DNA of 63,949 nucleotides, filler included, from Raillietiella orientalis (lineage: Eukaryota), in assembly GCA_036172245.1 (NCBI GenBank). It is 7 parts of 7 records of this genome, joined end to end, with 100 filler letters (N's around TTAATTAATTAA, not from the genome) between each part and the next. Parts side by side here need not be neighbours in the genome. Positions count along the whole stretch, not along the records: positions 56,978 to 63,949 come from JAYWIR010000309.1; 6 more parts are not named here. One strand, given 5' to 3'. Positions within the stretch are counted from its first letter, which is position 1. Each line of letters begins with the position of its first letter. The translations under genes were made by a program, and so were the position numbers. The notes under the pieces are model-generated. The model did not search any database. It was not told the DNA's origin and saw only the letters and a program-made list of their open reading frames with translations. Shown here piece after piece: positions 61,401 to 63,949 of this stretch.

Positions 61401-63949
61401 TTGATTACGTGCTCCAACTTTGAAGCTTTTGCGGATATGAAAGAAATTAGAAAACAAAAGATTTCACCATTGCACTTTTGCGCCACTTCACGAAGTTTCC
61501 TTTTGCAGTGAGTGGCAAATCCCTTTCATGGAGAGCCGAAGCCCTTCCAATCTCTGCTTTCAGAGGATGATTAAGAAGAGATCGAAATTTCATTAGGGCG
61601 TGGCACTTTGGACTCTGTCTTGTTTTCATGGTAACCAGTGGCGGACTTACCAGGGGAATATTCTCCTTCGCTCCCTTTCATTATGGGGTCCAACTTTGCA
61701 GCTTTTCGGGATTTGTAAACAATTAGAAAACAGAAGATTTCACCATTGCACTTTTGCGCCTCTTCAAGAAGCATCCATTTGCAGTGAGTGGCATATCCCT
61801 TTCATGGAGTGCCGAAAGCCCTTCCAATTTCTGCTTTCAGAGGATGATTAAGAAGAGTTCCAAATTTCATTAGGGCGTGGCACTTTTACTCTGTCTTGTT
61901 TTCATGGTAACCAGTGGCGGACTTACAAGGGGAATATTCTCCTTCGCTCTCATTTATTATGCGGTCCAACGTTGCAGCTTTTGGGGATTTGTAATCAGTT
62001 AGAAAACAGAAGATTTCACCATTGCCCTTTTGCGCCTCAGCACGAAGCATCCTTTGCAGTGAGTGGCAAATCCCCTTTATGGAGAGCCGAAAGATATTCC
62101 AATTTCTGCTTTCAGAGGATGATTAACAAGAGTTCGAAATTTCATTAGGGCGTGGCACTTTGGACTCTGTCTTGTTTTCATAGTAACCAGTGTCGGACTT
62201 ACAAGGGGAATATTCTCCTTCGCTCCCATTCATTATGTGGTCCAACTTTGCAGCTTTTGGGGATTTGTATTCAATTAGAAAACTGAGGATTTCACCATTG
62301 CACTTTTGCACCTCTTCACGAAGCATCCTTTTGCAGTGAGTGGCAAATCCCTTTCATGGAGTGCCGAAAGCCCTTCCAATTTCTGCTTTCAGAGGATGAT
62401 TAAGAAGAGTTCCAAATTTCATTAGGGCGTGGCACTTTTACTCTGTCTTGTTTTCATGGTAACAAGTGTCGGACTTACAAGGGGAATATTCACCTTCGCT
62501 CTCATTCATTATGTGGTCCAACTTTGCAGCTTTTGCGGATCTGTAAGAAATTAGAAAACAGAAGATTTCACCATTGCACTTTTGAGCCTCTTCAAGAAGC
62601 ATCCATTTCCAGTGAGTGGGCTATCCCTTTCATGGAGAGCCGAAAGCCCTTCCAATTTCTGCTTTCAGAGGATGATTAAGAAGAGTTCGAAATTTCATTA
62701 GGGCGTGGCACTTTTACTCTGTCTTGTTTTCATGGTAACCAGTGGCGGACTTAAAAGGGGAATATTCTCCTTCGCTCTCATTTATTATGCGGTCCAAATT
62801 TGCAGCTTTTCGGGATTTGTAAACAATTAGAAAACAGAAGATTTCACCATTGCTTTTTTGCGCCTCAGCACGAAGCATCCTTTTGCAGTGAGTGGCGAAT
62901 CCCTTTCATGGAGAGCCGAAAGCCCTTCCAATTTCTGCTTTCAGAGGATGATTAACAAGAGTTCGAAATTTCATTAGGGCGTGGCACTTTGCATTCTGTC
63001 TTGTTTTCATAGTAACCAGTGTCAAACCTACAAGGGGAATATTCTCCATCGCTCCCATTCATTATGTGGTCCAACTTTGCAGCTTTTGGGGATTTGTATT
63101 CAATTAGAAAACTGAGGATTTCACTATTGCACTTTTGCACCTCTTCACGAAGCATCCTTTTGCAGTGAGTGGCAAATCCCTTTCATGGAGAGCCTTAAGC
63201 GCTTCCAATCTCTGCTTTCAGAGGATAATTAAGAAAAGTTCGAAGTTTCATTAGGGCGTGGCACTTTGGACTCTGTGTGGTTTTCATTGTAACCAGTGTC
63301 GGACTTACAAAAGGAATATTCTCCTTCGCTCTCATTCATTATGGGGTCCAACTTTGCAGCTTTTCGGGATTTGTAAACAATTAGAAAACAGAAGATTTCA
63401 CCATTGCACTTTTGCGCCTCTTCAAGAAGCATCCATTTCCAGTGAGTGGGGTATCCCTTTCATGGAGAGCCGAAAGCCCTTCCAATTTCTGCTTTCAGAG
63501 GATGATTAAGAAGAGTTCGAAATTTCATTAGGGCGTGGCACTTTTACTCTGTCTTGTTTTCATGGTAACCAGTGGCGGACTTAAAAGGGGAATATTCTCC
63601 TTCGCTCTCATTTATTATGCGGTCCAACTTTGCAGCTTTTCGGGATTTGTAAACAATTAGAAAACAGAAGATTTCACCATTGCTTTTTTGCGCCTCAGCA
63701 CGAAGCATCCTTTTGCAGTGAGTGGCAAATCCCCTTTATGGAGAGCCGAAAGCCATTCCAATTTCGGCTTTCAGAGGATGAATAAGAAAAGTTCGAAATT
63801 TCATTTGGGCGTGGCACTTTTACTCTGTTTTGTTTTCATGGTAACCAGTGGCGGACTTACAAGGGGAATATTCTCCTTCGCTCTCCTTTATTATGCGGTC
63901 CAACTTTGCAGCTTTTGGGGATTTGTAATCAGTTAGAAAACAGAAGATT
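58449..63949. repeat. satellite DNA subfamily 3, ~277-bp monomer, ~20 copies
   Basis: GAAGCATCC at 58451, 58727, 59004, 59281, 59558 and onward. Confidence 0.97.

Noticed and set aside
47725..63949. Repeated 60-125 aa ORFs or a CRISPR-like array in the tandem repeats
   Set aside because: The ORFs are by-products of satellite periodicity with frequent stops and indels; there are no unique spacers and no cas genes.

Overview
The window joins seven eukaryotic contigs with artificial 100-nt linkers (N44-TTAATTAATTAA-N44). The five complete contigs are in decreasing size order, so adjacency across a linker means nothing. Contigs 1, 2 and 4 (1-9594, 9695-19256, 28988-38324) consist entirely of nested, mostly decayed GC-rich L1/Tx1-clade non-LTR retrotransposons. 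Most are inserted antisense into each other's ORF2, and one family recurs at a fixed 14-nt site in RT-coding sequence, including its own. Contig 3 (19357-28887) holds two tandem copies of another L1/Tx1 family separated only by a 5'-truncated U4 snRNA, which suggests a U4-targeting retrotransposon. Contig 5 (38425-47624) is about 9.2 kb of arthropod-type mtDNA with cox1-trnL2 adjacency. It has T-armless and armless tRNAs, a rearranged tRNA order, a still-open diverged cox2 paralog between two trnL2 copies, and an in-frame internal nad5 deletion. Contigs 6 and 7 are arrays of three related 277-278 bp satellite subfamilies built from an ancient ~139 bp dimer. All calls are by eye; no database search was run and the organism is not identified.
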